Made by a program: the position numbers and the translations under genes
NCBI GenBank assembly: GCA_030740155.1
Contig: JASLXV010000096.1
Span: 1 to 17,110 of the forward strand
Origin: Dehalococcoidia bacterium
GTDB taxonomy: Bacteria > Chloroflexota > Dehalococcoidia > Lucifugimonadales > UBA3495
Reading direction: 5' to 3'
Length of the DNA: 17,110 bases
In this document: positions 1 to 7,834 of the stretch, in pieces
Layout: every line of letters begins with the position of its first letter
Numbering within the stretch: position 1 is the stretch's first letter
The notes under the pieces: generated by a model
Databases searched by the model: none
Told to the model about the DNA's origin: nothing
The model's input: the letters and a program-made list of their open reading frames with translations, nothing else

Positions 1-65
1 AGATCGTCGGAGCAGTGCCCAAGGGTAGACTCAAGAGCAAGGTAGATGCGGTGCTGGCTGGTTAG
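1..65 (+). CDS. trxA: Thioredoxin, C-terminal fragment (5' truncated by window edge)
   Basis: Frame from position 3 reads IVGAVPKGRLKSKVDAVLAG* (TAG 63-65), matching the typical thioredoxin C-terminus (VGAVPK.L). Only 20 aa are visible. Confidence 0.7.
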   Translation, partial: IVGAVPKGRLKSKVDAVLAG

Positions 66-85
66 GCGGCCGCCCCTCCGGACGG

Positions 86-182
86 GGGAGTGGATGGGGC
101 CCGGTGGCCCTTGCGGACTTCAAATCCGTTATGCCTCGTGAATAGCGGGGTAGGTGGGTTCGACTCCCTCGCACTCCCGCCA
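86..182 (+). tRNA. selC: tRNA-Sec (anticodon UCA)
   Basis: 97 nt. 6-bp D-stem GGGGCC/GGCCCT with 4-nt loop CGGT, anticodon loop CTTCAAA (TCA 120-122), long variable arm, T-loop TTCGACT, extended acceptor stem GGGAGTG/CACTCCC, G discriminator and encoded CCA. Confidence 0.97.
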
Positions 183-209
183 ACCTTTTTAGGCGTGAAT
201 TCATCAAGA

Positions 210-247
210 GGCGCTACTGTCACCGGTGGCGTTTCCGTTTGTTTGTT
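210..247 (+). terminator. Putative intrinsic terminator after selC
   Basis: Stem GGCGCTACTG-tcac-CGGTGGCGTT (with G-U pairs) followed by T-rich tccgtttgtttgtt. Confidence 0.45.
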
Positions 248-285
248 AACACTCGCCCCCTCACTGTTAACAAAAGTGTTAACAA
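243..285. repeat. Three TGTTAACA palindromes (244-251, 265-272, 277-284)
   Basis: Seen directly. TTGTTAACACT (243-253) and AGTGTTAACAA (275-285) also form a perfect 11-bp inverted pair. Copies 2 and 3 are 12 bp apart. Confidence 0.85.
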
Positions 286-292
286 CGCCCAT

Positions 293-412
293 CTACCGCT
301 GGTACAAATCCTTCCGCCAAGGCCGCTTCCCGTTGACCATGTAGGACAGGTAAGCCGGGGAGATTTCTAGCTCGGCAGCTATCTGCCGCAGTGATGGCGT
401 CTTAGTCTGCAT
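293..412 (-). CDS. Small XRE/Cro-like helix-turn-helix protein (39 aa, possibly truncated)
   Basis: MQTKTPSLRQIAAELEISPAYLSYMVNGKRPWRKDLYQR*, with the HTH pattern S-L-x-x-I-A-x-x-L-x-I-S-x-x-Y-L-S-x-x-x-N-G-K-R. RBS GGAGG lies 6 nt before the ATG. It is below the ORF-track size cutoff. Confidence 0.75.
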   Translation of the reverse strand: MQTKTPSLRQIAAELEISPAYLSYMVNGKRPWRKDLYQR

Positions 413-644
413 TGTTGGCCTCCGCTCGTTTTCCCGCCGCATTGACTACGTTGCCCACCTGTCAGTGGCTCCAGCAGACATTCTCGCCCCGGCCGTGCTG
501 CTTGATCGGCGTCTGGTGCTCCCGGCCAGTAGTGGGCCGGTCTGGTCTGGTTCAAGCGGAGTGCCGACCTTCTTGGCGGTGAGCTGCTTCCTGGGCGATT
601 TTCTGCCCGTCCCCCCCTGGCCGATGGAGAATCCTGCCCAATGC

Positions 645-653
645 TGCTATGCT
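645..653 (+). promoter_or_regulatory. Putative extended -10 promoter for the Nudix gene
   Basis: TG-C-TATGCT about 50 nt upstream of the GTG start. Confidence 0.35.
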
Positions 654-705
654 TTCGGTGGTCGTGCGCTTGGACGCGGAGACCCAACCGGAGGAGCCAA
701 CAAAC

Positions 706-1173
706 GTGGCAAGACTGATTTACGGCGACCGCGTCGGCAGACTTGGAAGGCTGCGTCCCGCGTGCAGCGCAACAATCTTCGACGCCACCGGGCAAAGAGT
801 GCTGCTCACCCGCCGGTCTGACAACGGCCAGTGGTGTTTGCCCGGTGGCGCCATGGACCCGGGCGAGAGTGCCGCCGAGGCATGTGCGAGGGAGGTGCTG
901 GAGGAGACCGGGCTGGTGGTCCAGGTTGGCAGATTGATTGGTGTGTACACAACCCCACACCACATCATCGAGTACGCCGATGGGAACCGGTACCAAGGGC
1001 TCACGCTGAGTCTTGAAGCAGTGCCTATCGGCGGGGAACTCTGCATCAGTGATGAGACGACCGAAATTGGATACTTCTCAACGGAAGAGATGAGGTCCAT
1101 GGACTTGATGCAACCCATCTACGAGCAGGTTGCAGATTCTTTCGCGGGCCAGGAGGCGGCATTCGTGCGTTAA
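706..1173 (+). CDS. Nudix hydrolase
   Basis: Nudix box GGAMDPGESAAEACAREVLEETG (GX5EX7REUXEEXG). RBS GGAGGAG at 690-696 favours GTG 706 over ATG 649. Confidence 0.93.
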   Translation: MARLIYGDRVGRLGRLRPACSATIFDATGQRVLLTRRSDNGQWCLPGGAMDPGESAAEACAREVLEETGLVVQVGRLIGVYTTPHHIIEYADGNRYQGLTLSLEAVPIGGELCISDETTEIGYFSTEEMRSMDLMQPIYEQVADSFAGQEAAFVR

Positions 1174-1321
1174 CGTGGGGCCGGGATAGGCGCTTCATCT
1201 TTCAGAGCGGGACACATTTCATCTCGACAAGCAATCGTTGGAAGATCCACGGTATTCTCACGCGGGGCCGTGGGCCGACGCCCTCCCCCTGGGAGGTTAT
1301 GGCAACGAAGGTTGCCTTCGT

Positions 1322-1783
1322 ATGAAAGACACTTGGCTGTTGTACGATTACTTGCGAGGTTGATGGCGGCTGCTATTGATGGGCTTTGTTTTGGGTGCCA
1401 CTCTCGGTCTCGGCTACTACTCCACCCAGGATCATCCTATGCGATACACCGTGACGGCCAATCTGCTTCTTGAAGAACCAGAATACACCGGCGAAGGCTC
1501 ACCCTCAACCGTCACATTTGCCATTGATCCGATTCGTCGATCGACCGGCGAGTCCGCAATTGAGGACTTCAGGTTGACGGTGGCTAAATTGGGCCAAACC
1601 ACCGGCTCCACCGTGCTCACCCAAGACTTTTCCATCGACATGGAACGTACCGACGAGCTGTGGTGGAAGGCCATGGTCTTCGGGAGCGCCGTCGGCACCT
1701 TGTTGGTCGTCGTCGGAGTCTATGTCTGGGAAGACGCCCGAGGGCACCGGAACCGCCGACAGACCGGAGGGGAGGATGCATGA
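1322..1783 (+). pseudogene. Wzz/chain-length-determinant-like two-TM membrane protein interrupted by an in-frame TGA (1361-1363)
   Basis: MKDTWLLYDYLRG*WRLLLMGFVLGATLGLGYYSTQDHPMRYTVTANLLL resembles the Wzz N-terminus (DYLR..WW.LL..TM..P.YTATA.LLV). C-terminal TM AMVFGSAVGTLLVVVGVYVWE. It lies near a glycosyltransferase. Confidence 0.55.
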
Positions 1784-2019
1784 CGCGGTTCGGCGAGACC
1801 GCCGTGAGATCATCTTATTGGGGTTGCTATTTGGAGTCCCGGCGGTGTGGTGATGGGTGCCCTCGGGTGCGGCTTTACTCCTTCGCCCGTGCATCCGGTA
1901 ATGCGGGTTCGCAGGTCATCCAGCCGCGGCAGGAGCCATGGGGAAAGCCCTGGGGTTAGGTGCCCGAGAGCCTTTTTAGGTTGTGCCCCGCAGCATTTCA
2001 ACCGCCCGGCGAGAGTAAC

Positions 2020-2043
2020 TGGTCTCACCGCGCCGTAACCGCC
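2020..2043 (+). repeat. 24-bp direct repeat, copy 1
   Basis: TGGTCTCACCGCGCCGTAACCGCC, 22/24 identical to 4170-4193. Confidence 0.6.
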
Positions 2044-2188
2044 GCCAGCAAGACCCGGCCAGCCGGACAGACCCAATCCGGTTGCCGGAAGGCCGGGGTC
2101 TATAATGGGTGCTGTCACACCGGCGATACACTACCCAAATTCCCCTTCAAACCTACCGATAAGAAGGGTGTAGAAGCGAGTTCCCTGA

Positions 2189-3433
2189 GTGAGTTCAACC
2201 AAACCCCGGTTCAAGGCGGCCATCATCGCCCCAACCTGCTTTTACTATCAAGCAGCTCTGTTTCGCGAATTGGCGGCCCACCCCAAGCTAGACCTAACCG
2301 TATATTTTTGCTCCGATGAGGGCCTTCTTGCGCGAGACGTCCTGGAAATGTACAAGGTCGATGAGGACTGGGGTGGAGGTGAGGAGTTTCTAAAAGGATA
2401 CCGATTCAAATTCTTGAGGAACTACTCCCTCCGGCCGTCTTATCTCAAATGGCCTTTCGGCTTGATCAACATCGGAATACTGAAAGAGATTATCCTCCGC
2501 CGGCCCGATGTCGTTGTCTTGATGTCCTGGATGAACCCGACATGGTGGATGGCTCTCGCGGCTTGTGCGCTCATGAAAATCCCCTTTTTCTACATGACCG
2601 ATGCAAACTATCAAATCGAGCGGTTTCGATCGCGACGAAAGAGACGGATCAAGCAGTTGGTTCTGGGCAAGCTGCTCTTTAGGTTGTGCTCAGGTTTCCT
2701 TTGTGCCGGAAGGGCAAACAGACAATTCTATAAACTGTACGGGGTCCCTGATCATAAATTATTTCCTTTCGTCTATTCATGGGGTTACGACCCATTGTTC
2801 AAGATCGCTGCAGAGCTAAAGCCCCAGCGCAGTCGATTCCGAAGCGAATTGGGCATCCCGGAAAACAGTCTCGTGATCTCGTACTGCGGCCGTTTGAGCA
2901 CGGAAAAGAACCTGTTCAATCTGGTGGAGGCCTACCATCGATTAGACGATGAGCGAAAATCTCTTATATTTGTTGGGGACGGTGATCTTAGACAACCTTT
3001 GCAGAATTATGTCAATGAGATCGGCGCCGGCTCAGTGCATTTTTTCGGCTTCCAGAATAGGGATCAGATTGGGAAGTACTTCGCCATCTCCGACGTACTC
3101 GTATTGCCGTCAGTTCGAGAAACTTGGGGCATCGTGGTTAACGAGGCGATGTGCTTCGGGCTACCGGTGATCGTTTCCCATCAGGTAGGCGCCGGAATGG
3201 ACCTGGTCATTGATGGCCAAAATGGTTACACAGTCGATCCAGATGAGGATTCCCTTTTCCGCAGCCTCAAGCAGATCTCCGAACTCTCAGAAGAAGAAGT
3301 ATCTCTGATGGGGCTGAGATCCCTGGATATTATGATGGAGTGGGCAAACCGAGACCTGGCCGACTCATTGGTGCGGACCATCGAATCCGTTCGAGATCAA
3401 AAATCCGGCAAGACAGCCGGGGATTCTGCTTGA
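2189..3433 (+). CDS. Glycosyltransferase family 4 (GT-B)
   Basis: YCGRLSTEKNL, FVGDG, DVLVLPS and ETWGIVVNEAMCFGLPVI (EX7E) motifs. Perfect TATAAT at 2101-2106 upstream. Visibly more AT-rich than the flanking genes. Confidence 0.95.
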   Translation: MSSTKPRFKAAIIAPTCFYYQAALFRELAAHPKLDLTVYFCSDEGLLARDVLEMYKVDEDWGGGEEFLKGYRFKFLRNYSLRPSYLKWPFGLINIGILKEIILRRPDVVVLMSWMNPTWWMALAACALMKIPFFYMTDANYQIERFRSRRKRRIKQLVLGKLLFRLCSGFLCAGRANRQFYKLYGVPDHKLFPFVYSWGYDPLFKIAAELKPQRSRFRSELGIPENSLVISYCGRLSTEKNLFNLVEAYHRLDDERKSLIFVGDGDLRQPLQNYVNEIGAGSVHFFGFQNRDQIGKYFAISDVLVLPSVRETWGIVVNEAMCFGLPVIVSHQVGAGMDLVIDGQNGYTVDPDEDSLFRSLKQISELSEEEVSLMGLRSLDIMMEWANRDLADSLVRTIESVRDQKSGKTAGDSA

Positions 3434-3678
3434 GGATAGGCCGCGTCGACGGAGTCCCTGAGCTAACCGACACCGCACCACCTCACCGGGGTCAAGACCC
3501 TCACCCATCTCCTTGACGGCCTTCTCTAGCTGCTTGGACTCGCTGATGAATCGTGAAAGGCCTTCAATTCCTACAACCGGGCGAGGGCAAAATCAGCTTG
3601 ACCATCCGTGCCATCGACGACGAGCATGGGGACGCGATTGAAGTTGAGACAAGAACCGAATAGTATCGGAGGAAGAAC

Positions 3679-4074
3679 ATGGCCCCACTGCAACCGATCG
3701 AATACCCCGATGCCCAGCCGTCCGTGCGGGAAGTCTACGACGACATCAAGCACACCCGCAACGTCGAGGACGTGAACAACTTCTGGAAGTTTCTGGCGCA
3801 TCATCCGGCCACACTGAAGCGTACCTGGGAAAGCCTCAAAGAAGTGATGGCGCCGGGCGCGTTGGACCCGCTGGTCAAGGAAATGATCTACGTCGCTGTC
3901 AGCGCGACCAACAACTGCCAATACTGCATCCGCTCCCATACGGCCGCGGCCCGGCAAAGGGGGATGACGGATGACATGCTCGGAGAGTTGATGGCAGTGG
4001 TGGGAATGGCTAACGAAACCAACGGGCTGGTCAACGGCTATCAAGTCCGGCTGGATGAGGCCCTGAAAGACTAA
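3679..4074 (+). CDS. Carboxymuconolactone decarboxylase/AhpD-like protein
   Basis: LDPLVKEMIYVAVSATNNCQYCIRSH (E..CxxC..H motif). RBS GGAGG upstream. Confidence 0.92.
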   Translation: MAPLQPIEYPDAQPSVREVYDDIKHTRNVEDVNNFWKFLAHHPATLKRTWESLKEVMAPGALDPLVKEMIYVAVSATNNCQYCIRSHTAAARQRGMTDDMLGELMAVVGMANETNGLVNGYQVRLDEALKD

Positions 4075-4169
4075 CCCAGGAATGGCTCCTCCGTTAACCC
4101 GCTATACTGTGGAGGCCGGGAGAGTAATGTCCCGCCGGGGTACCGTAGACTTACGGTCGAACTCGGACT

Positions 4170-4193
4170 TGGCCTCACCGCACCGTAACCGCC
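4170..4193 (+). repeat. 24-bp direct repeat, copy 2
   Basis: TGGCCTCACCGCACCGTAACCGCC, 22/24 identical to 2020-2043. Confidence 0.6.
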
Positions 4194-4675
4194 AGCCCGT
4201 CGCCGGGCGCCCCGTGGTAACCTGCCGAATACGGCCCCTATCCTGCCCGAGTGATGGGGCCCGCCTCAAGTAACTCTCGAATGCTGGTCGATGAAGGTCT
4301 GAGAGGCTTCACTCCGGTCTAATCTGGGGTTACGGCGTCCGCGTTCATCTTAGTAGTGGAACTAGTTTTGGCGCTCCGCTGCCAATGGCCGAGCGCCACA
4401 ATCACCCGCGTGGACCTTGGTCTTGAAGTGGAAGGGGCTTTCCGAATCGCTCTCGGTCTATCAGAGGTCGGCGCCCACGACCGCTCCGGCGCACCGAGGG
4501 AGCGCATAATGCTCTCCATATCGCCGACCGAATTATGGTCAGCGCGGCCGGGTCTTCGGTTTGTGCTGGCCGGGAGCATACGATTGTTGAACCAGCGAAC
4601 GGAGCTATGCCCGTCTCCTCTAAAACCGAAAGGGGCCGGGCATGCGGACTTCCCGGGGTAGAAAAGCGAAACTAT

Positions 4676-6040
4676 ATGCACGATAGATCAACGGCCGCCG
4701 GCGATTCCAGGCCAAGCCCCAAGGTTTTCTATGGCTGGTGGATCGTGGCGGCAGGGGGCATCCTCAATGCCCTGGCCGGTGGTACCTACTGGCACGGCTT
4801 CTCGGTGTACTTTCTTCCCGTGACCCGCGACTTTGGAGTGAGCCGGGCGGCCGCGTCATTGGCCTACGGTCTGGGCCGCCTGGAAGGGGCCTTTGAAGGG
4901 CCTGTAGCGGGGTATTTGGTGGACCGCCTGGGCCCCCCCGGGACGATGATAGCCATCGGTGGTGCGCTGGCCGGAACTGGGTTCATTCTGCTGTCCGTGA
5001 CCCACAGTTTCGGGATGTTCCTCGTCGTGTATGTCGGTGTCCTTGCCCTCGGCATCAACACGGGTTTCAACCACGGCGTCTTTGCGGCGGTCAATCAATG
5101 GTTCATTCGTCGCAAAGGCCTCGCGATGTCCCTTACTTCGATGGGTAACTCCATGGGCGGCTTTGTTATCGTCCCAGCGGTCGCCGCATTAGTGCTTAAT
5201 CTTGGCTGGAGGACCGGAGCCGCCACATCGGGGCTGGTCATACTAGCTGTCGCGGTCCCCCTGTCCCTGGTAATGCGCCGTTCACCGGAGAGCATGGGCC
5301 TGCTGCCTGATGGTGACCGGGCTCCGCTTATTGCCAGCCAGGCGCGCACCGGCAGGGCATCGTCGCGGCTCGAACGCCACAATGCGGCGGCAGATTTCCA
5401 CGCGAAGGAGGCGATGAGGACCCGGGCCTACTGGCTCCTGGCGTTGGCCATGGGCCTCCGATCCGCGGCCATCATTGGCGTGTTCGTGCACCTGGTGCCG
5501 CTGATGGTGTGGAAGGGGCAATCGGAGGCCTCCGGAGCCTTTGTCGTGGCCTTCCTTGCCTTCGCCACCATGCCGCTCCGGCTCCTTCTGGGCTGGGTTG
5601 GAGACATGTGGGCCAAACAGAAGATAATCGGCATCACGATGCTTCTGGGAGCGGCCAGCCTGGTGGTCCTCCTCCTGAGCGGAGGGGAGATGTGGCAACT
5701 GCTCATCTTCGCGGTGATGATCGCCGCCGCTGAAGCCAGCAACGGCTTGGGCTGGTCGCTGGTGGGGGACTTCTTTGGCCGGAGCAGATTTGGCGTCCTG
5801 AGGGGCTGGGTTTCCATGTTGCAGAGCTTTCTATCCATGGGAACGCCGGTGTTCGTGGGCTGGGTTTACGATAGTACGGGCAGCTATTATGGCTCCCTGA
5901 TCCCCATGGCCGGGGTGTACCTGGCGTCAACCCTCGTGTTCTGGAACCTCCCCAGGCCCAGGCTCCCGAGCCGGCTGGCGGGCTCACGACCGGACCCGCT
6001 TCCGCCGGCCGGTCCACGGCCCGCCAGAACACGGCACTAG
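4676..6040 (+). CDS. MFS transporter (OFA/monocarboxylate-like)
   Basis: FYGWWIV N-terminus, motif A (GYLVDRLG), WF.RRKGLA and about 12 hydrophobic segments. ATG 4676 preferred over 4535, start uncertain. Confidence 0.92.
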   Translation: MHDRSTAAGDSRPSPKVFYGWWIVAAGGILNALAGGTYWHGFSVYFLPVTRDFGVSRAAASLAYGLGRLEGAFEGPVAGYLVDRLGPPGTMIAIGGALAGTGFILLSVTHSFGMFLVVYVGVLALGINTGFNHGVFAAVNQWFIRRKGLAMSLTSMGNSMGGFVIVPAVAALVLNLGWRTGAATSGLVILAVAVPLSLVMRRSPESMGLLPDGDRAPLIASQARTGRASSRLERHNAAADFHAKEAMRTRAYWLLALAMGLRSAAIIGVFVHLVPLMVWKGQSEASGAFVVAFLAFATMPLRLLLGWVGDMWAKQKIIGITMLLGAASLVVLLLSGGEMWQLLIFAVMIAAAEASNGLGWSLVGDFFGRSRFGVLRGWVSMLQSFLSMGTPVFVGWVYDSTGSYYGSLIPMAGVYLASTLVFWNLPRPRLPSRLAGSRPDPLPPAGPRPARTRH

Positions 6041-6228
6041 CGACGATCCACCGGCACCCCAGGTGGCGGCCTGAGCTGACGATTACCTCACCGCCGCGCC
6101 GAAACTTGTGGTAGTGGCGCGCGCGGGGACGGTAGCGGCTGGCCACGCGGCCCGGCACTGGGGTGAGCAATGACCTACCCGTCCCGAGCCATGCCCGGTC
6201 ATACCGCCGCCCCTGCTAAGCCATAGGG

Positions 6229-6759
6229 TTACTGCCGTACCCGTGCCCGGTGGTCAGAAATGAGACGCTCCAAGCGCCGCCGACCTTCTTCCATTAGCCG
6301 TCGAATCGCCTGTAACTCTTCCCGCTCTCCGTCGCCAAGCCGCTGTTCAATCGATTGTGGTTTGTAGCCGTAATGCCCGGCGTAATCCCGGATGCGCCGG
6401 ACCCGGCCGGCAATGTCCCCGACGCCTCGGCTTACCGGGGAGAGGGGAGCGCCGCCGGTCATCCACTGCTCGAAAACGGTGGCCTGCTTGGAGTCGTCGC
6501 ACCGAGCGCAGGCCGGCACCATGTTACCGAGGACGGTGTCCCCGCCTCGCGCAACGGGCACGACATGGTCCCACCTGCGCACGTCTCGATCGCCACAATA
6601 AACACACTCAGGTTCCCGATCGCCGTAGAAGAACCGGACCACTTCGGCCATCTCCGGTGCTCTGAATTTGTTAAGCCCGATGCCCTCGCGAATAGCCCGT
6701 TCCACGAACGAGAAGGCGAATGCCGGGGTCTGACGTTGAGGCGCGCGAGGTAGGGCCAT
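6229..6759 (-). CDS. HNH endonuclease with helical C-terminal extension
   Basis: CVYCG...WDHVVPVARGG....GNMVPACARCDDSK. RBS GGAGG 5 nt before ATG 6759. Confidence 0.9.
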   Translation of the reverse strand: MALPRAPQRQTPAFAFSFVERAIREGIGLNKFRAPEMAEVVRFFYGDREPECVYCGDRDVRRWDHVVPVARGGDTVLGNMVPACARCDDSKQATVFEQWMTGGAPLSPVSRGVGDIAGRVRRIRDYAGHYGYKPQSIEQRLGDGEREELQAIRRLMEEGRRRLERLISDHRARVRQ

Positions 6760-6960
6760 CCTGTCCTCCGGAGCTTCAAGGGTCGGCAATTGAGGCTAGG
6801 GCCACGAGAGATCGGAGCCACGATCCCGTTTATCCGTTGACGATCAATCATTACCCGGTGGGTGGAATGCCGTCCGGGCCGGGAGCTTCGGAACCGCGGG
6901 CATGAAAAGAGACGATGCTGAGGAGCTGTTCGCAGGAATCTACTGATCCATCAGATCCAG

Positions 6961-7332
6961 CTATAATAGCCTGCCTAGATAGATGCCCAGCAGTGCTGCG
7001 GCCAGACCAACTACTATGCTGCCACTAATGTTGAGTGCCGCCCGCGTCAGGTCGCCGCTCTGTACGAGCGAGACAGTGGTTACCGTGAGTACCGAGAATG
7101 TCGTGTATGAGCCGAGGAATCCGATTGATGCAAAGACGCCGGCATTATTTGGCCAGGTTATGTGGTTCCCAGAGGCGGAAATGAATACGCCAAGCGAGAA
7201 CGAACCCGTGATGTTGATGAAGAATATCCCCAATAAGGTGGGGCCAAGCAGCCTTGTCACCGTGATGTCCAGATAGTACCTGGAAAGAGCCCCCAGCGCG
7301 CCACCGACTGCTACCAGCAAGAATGGAATCAA
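6961..7332 (-). CDS. crcB: Fluoride efflux channel FluC/CrcB
   Basis: GGALGALSRY, INITGSF and GFLGSYTTFS signatures. 123 aa with four TM segments. Confidence 0.95.
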   Translation of the reverse strand: MIPFLLVAVGGALGALSRYYLDITVTRLLGPTLLGIFFINITGSFSLGVFISASGNHITWPNNAGVFASIGFLGSYTTFSVLTVTTVSLVQSGDLTRAALNISGSIVVGLAAALLGIYLGRLL

Positions 7333-7763
7333 ACCTCGTTCATGCCCCTTTGGAGTTCACCTGGATCGCAGAGAACGCCTCTAGCGGTGTGGCGATCCAT
7401 CGGATTCTATACTTGATTTCGTAGGGCTGCACCCCTCTACCGGTGCCGGGTGAATCCGAAATCCCGCGGTCGATTGGTCTTGCCCCATTTCTTTTACCAC
7501 AGATGACGCGGGTTTTACAGGGAAGCCAGCCGACGAGGCCGCCAGGGCCAAAGGCTCGGTGGGTCAGGTTCCCGAGCGCCCCATGAGGCCGCTCCCCATT
7601 GTCGCTCTGCCACCGCACCGCGACCACCGGCCCGTCGTTGAGAACCGAGTGATCTTCGCGAGCCTGGTCTTGGCAGACCAACGGTGAAGTAGACCCGGTG
7701 GTGTGCCGGTGGTTTCTGGAAGAACCAGGCGGAGGAGAGCGGCGAGGCTTTGGCCGCTGAACG

Positions 7764-7834
7764 AAAAGATGCCTCAATACTTACAGCTCTCTGGCATCAA
7801 TCTAGTGCCTAACTGCTGTATTGAGGCGTCTTTT
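7764..7834. repeat. 17-bp inverted repeat forming a long hairpin
   Basis: AAAAGATGCCTCAATAC (7764-7780) and GTATTGAGGCGTCTTTT (7818-7834), with one G-U pair. Inner GGCA/TGCC stem. Confidence 0.8.

Noticed and set aside
90..344. 84-aa plus-strand ORF over selC
   Set aside because: Overlaps the tRNA on the same strand and has no protein motif, so it is a shadow ORF.
379..996. 205-aa minus-strand ORF, and a possible integrase C-terminal remnant at 430-600
   Set aside because: Mostly antisense to the Nudix gene. No coherent tyrosine-recombinase R-H-R-Y motif could be assembled in any frame.
1361..1400. Selenocysteine codon with SECIS
   Set aside because: The position corresponds to a Trp/Arg-type residue before a TM helix, with no redox context and no convincing SECIS hairpin.
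3553..3663. Short frame VKGLQFLQPGEGKISLTIRAIDDEHGDAIEVETRTE* before the CMD gene
   Set aside because: No RBS and no recognisable family. Possibly a gene remnant but unsupported.
4082..4681. Overlapping ORFs between the CMD and MFS genes
   Set aside because: No motif or clear RBS/start combination, and several competing frames.
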